In this document: positions 62,593 through 64,000 of the stretch, piece after piece | How positions within the stretch are numbered: the first letter of the stretch is position 1 | How the letters are laid out: the number at the start of each line of letters is the position of its first letter | Source: Blepharisma stoltei ATCC 30299 | Taxonomy: Eukaryota; Protista; Ciliophora | Length of the DNA stretch: 64,000 nucleotides | Assembly (NCBI GenBank): GCA_965603825.1 | Contig: CBFDEM010000045.1 | Span: 434,001-498,000, forward strand | Direction of reading: 5' to 3' | Made by a program: the position numbers and the translations under genes | The notes under the pieces: generated by a model | Databases searched by the model: none | Told to the model about the DNA's origin: nothing | What the model saw: the letters and a program-made list of their open reading frames with translations, nothing else

Positions 62593-63652
62593 ATGTCTTA
62601 CGTTTATTTTTCTAGGCCTGGAAGAGCTTATTCAAGCAGGTACAAAATTTTGGCTGAAAAAGAAACCCTCCTTTCAGGCAATTTAAAATCCTACACTCAC
62701 AGCGTCCCATCTTTTATGATAAAAGAAGAAGAGCCAAAGCCGCTCGCCCCTACAGCTTTAGAAAAGCTGCTTAAAGAGGAGCTTGAAGAATTAAAAATGC
62801 AGGTAACTCATTATTGAGGAATTAAAAAACAAAGAAAGCCTGCCAAAAATAAAGATTTCTCCAACATCTTCTTTTAAATCTCCTCCAAGAAAAAGCGAGT
62901 TTCTAAAGGTAATAGACAAGCAGTAGAATAATACCAGTTCTGCACAAGAATATTATGATATAAATTACTCACAAGTTGAAAAAAGTGTGGCAGTGCCTTC
63001 TTTTAAAAGCACAAATAAAAGAAATTTAATAGAAAAAGAAAGCGATTTATCAAATTTTAGCTACAGAGAGCCTGAATGAAATCCTAAAGGGGTTATTCCT
63101 TTTTCAAAACAAACGCAGAGAAAACCATTTATTAATAGTGGAAGCCCAAGTGATGAGAGATTTGTTTCTGCTAATTTAAGCCCAGAAATTTGTAGTAAAT
63201 TTAAAAGAAATAAAGTGCCAAATTTATCAAAGTATAGCTCAAGAGATAATATTTTATATAAAACTCAAGACTGTGTGCCTGAATATTTTCCGAATAAAGA
63301 AATTGTTATGCCGAAAATTGCAAGGAATGTAGATTTTGATAAAATGCTCAAAAGAAAAGAGCCAGTTCAAAAAGAAAGACTGCCAAGTGCATATAACGTG
63401 AATTTTTCAATTGTAGAAAAAAATGTGCCTATAATTAATATGAAAAAGCTATTGCCAAGAGAAAAAAACTCAGAGTCCCAACTTCCAGCTTTTTTGCAAG
63501 GGTCTTTTAGCAGCCGACAGCTTGAAACTATGTGCAATTCAAAAAAACAAATAAACCTCTATGAGCTGTATTTAAAGCGACGCAAAAATCGTCAGACTAG
63601 CAACTTCAGCCCTACTGACTTTAGCCTTGATTATGAAACTTTTGAATATTAA
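62593..63652 (+). CDS. Hypothetical protein with two small introns (ciliary repeat-like YxxN/F.K..R motifs)
   Basis: 16-nt intron 62803-62818 (GTAACTCATTATTGAG) shifts into the frame of ORF 63215-63652. A second intron near 62909-62937 is needed to remove the TAG at 62924-62926. Confidence 0.6.
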
Positions 63653-63677
63653 ATAATAATAAATTTATTTTAAAATT

Positions 63678-64000
63678 CTACAGCAAGCTTTCTTGATTTT
63701 GGCTTTTATTTTGCTCAATTTTTAGAATTCTCTTCTTAATGTCATCTATTTCTTGTAAAATTTTAAAAATTGAGTTTTCCTCAACCTTCTGTGTTGTCAG
63801 TTCTTTATTATCTTCTCCTTCTTTTTCTTTCAACTCATTCAATTCTGCTGTTAATTTTTGAATGGTGTTTTCATAAAACTCTTCAGACCTTGAGTGCTTA
63901 GCTAGCAATTCTTTATACTTTTTCTCAAGTTTTTTATATTTAATCCTTTGTTCAGTTAATCTTTTTTCCAAATTTACTAAATACTGTACATCTCTTGGCC
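63678..64000 (-). CDS. Coiled-coil protein, 3' end (5' part outside window)
   Basis: Open frame to the window edge, E/K-rich heptads. Confidence 0.6.
   Translation of the reverse strand, partial: PRDVQYLVNLEKRLTEQRIKYKKLEKKYKELLAKHSRSEEFYENTIQKLTAELNELKEKEGEDNKELTTQKVEENSIFKILQEIDDIKKRILKIEQNKSQNQESLL

Noticed and set aside
2283-63652. Apparent widespread pseudogenisation or selenoprotein readthrough from in-frame TGA
   Set aside because: TGA aligns with conserved Trp, not Cys/Sec, and the frames are otherwise intact.

Overview
Gene-dense, AT-rich eukaryotic DNA that reads as the somatic (macronuclear) genome of a heterotrich ciliate, most likely Blepharisma-like. This attribution is inferred from the genetic code and intron size. 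In-frame TGA encodes Trp (TAA/TAG are the stops) and genes are interrupted by 15-16 nt GT..AG introns, so the supplied standard-code ORF track breaks many genes into pieces. Rebuilt under that code, the window holds about 43 genes. These include two tandem alveolate-type guanylyl cyclases (one a complete P4-ATPase fusion), Serinc, an M14 carboxypeptidase, Pbp1/ataxin-2, CapZ-alpha, a B-type cyclin, Vti1, PanK, anoctamin, NDUFAF5, MOCS2B and a beta-alpha-ordered transhydrogenase, plus a decayed Rab pseudogene. The most unusual part is 21.5-28.2 kb. It holds a TIR-less Merlin/IS1595-family transposase with an apparently intact DDE triad and two catalytically degenerate MULE/FAR1-SWIM genes. The two MULE genes are each preceded by an identical 14-mer containing A5G5, and the Merlin gene by a related AGGGGGA. 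Also notable are a Trp-rich N-terminal domain hidden by TGA codons (42.7-43.6 kb), a minimal YY1-like zinc-finger protein, several pseudo-enzymes and strongly gene-specific TGA/TGG usage. No rRNA, tRNA or CRISPR array was recognised.
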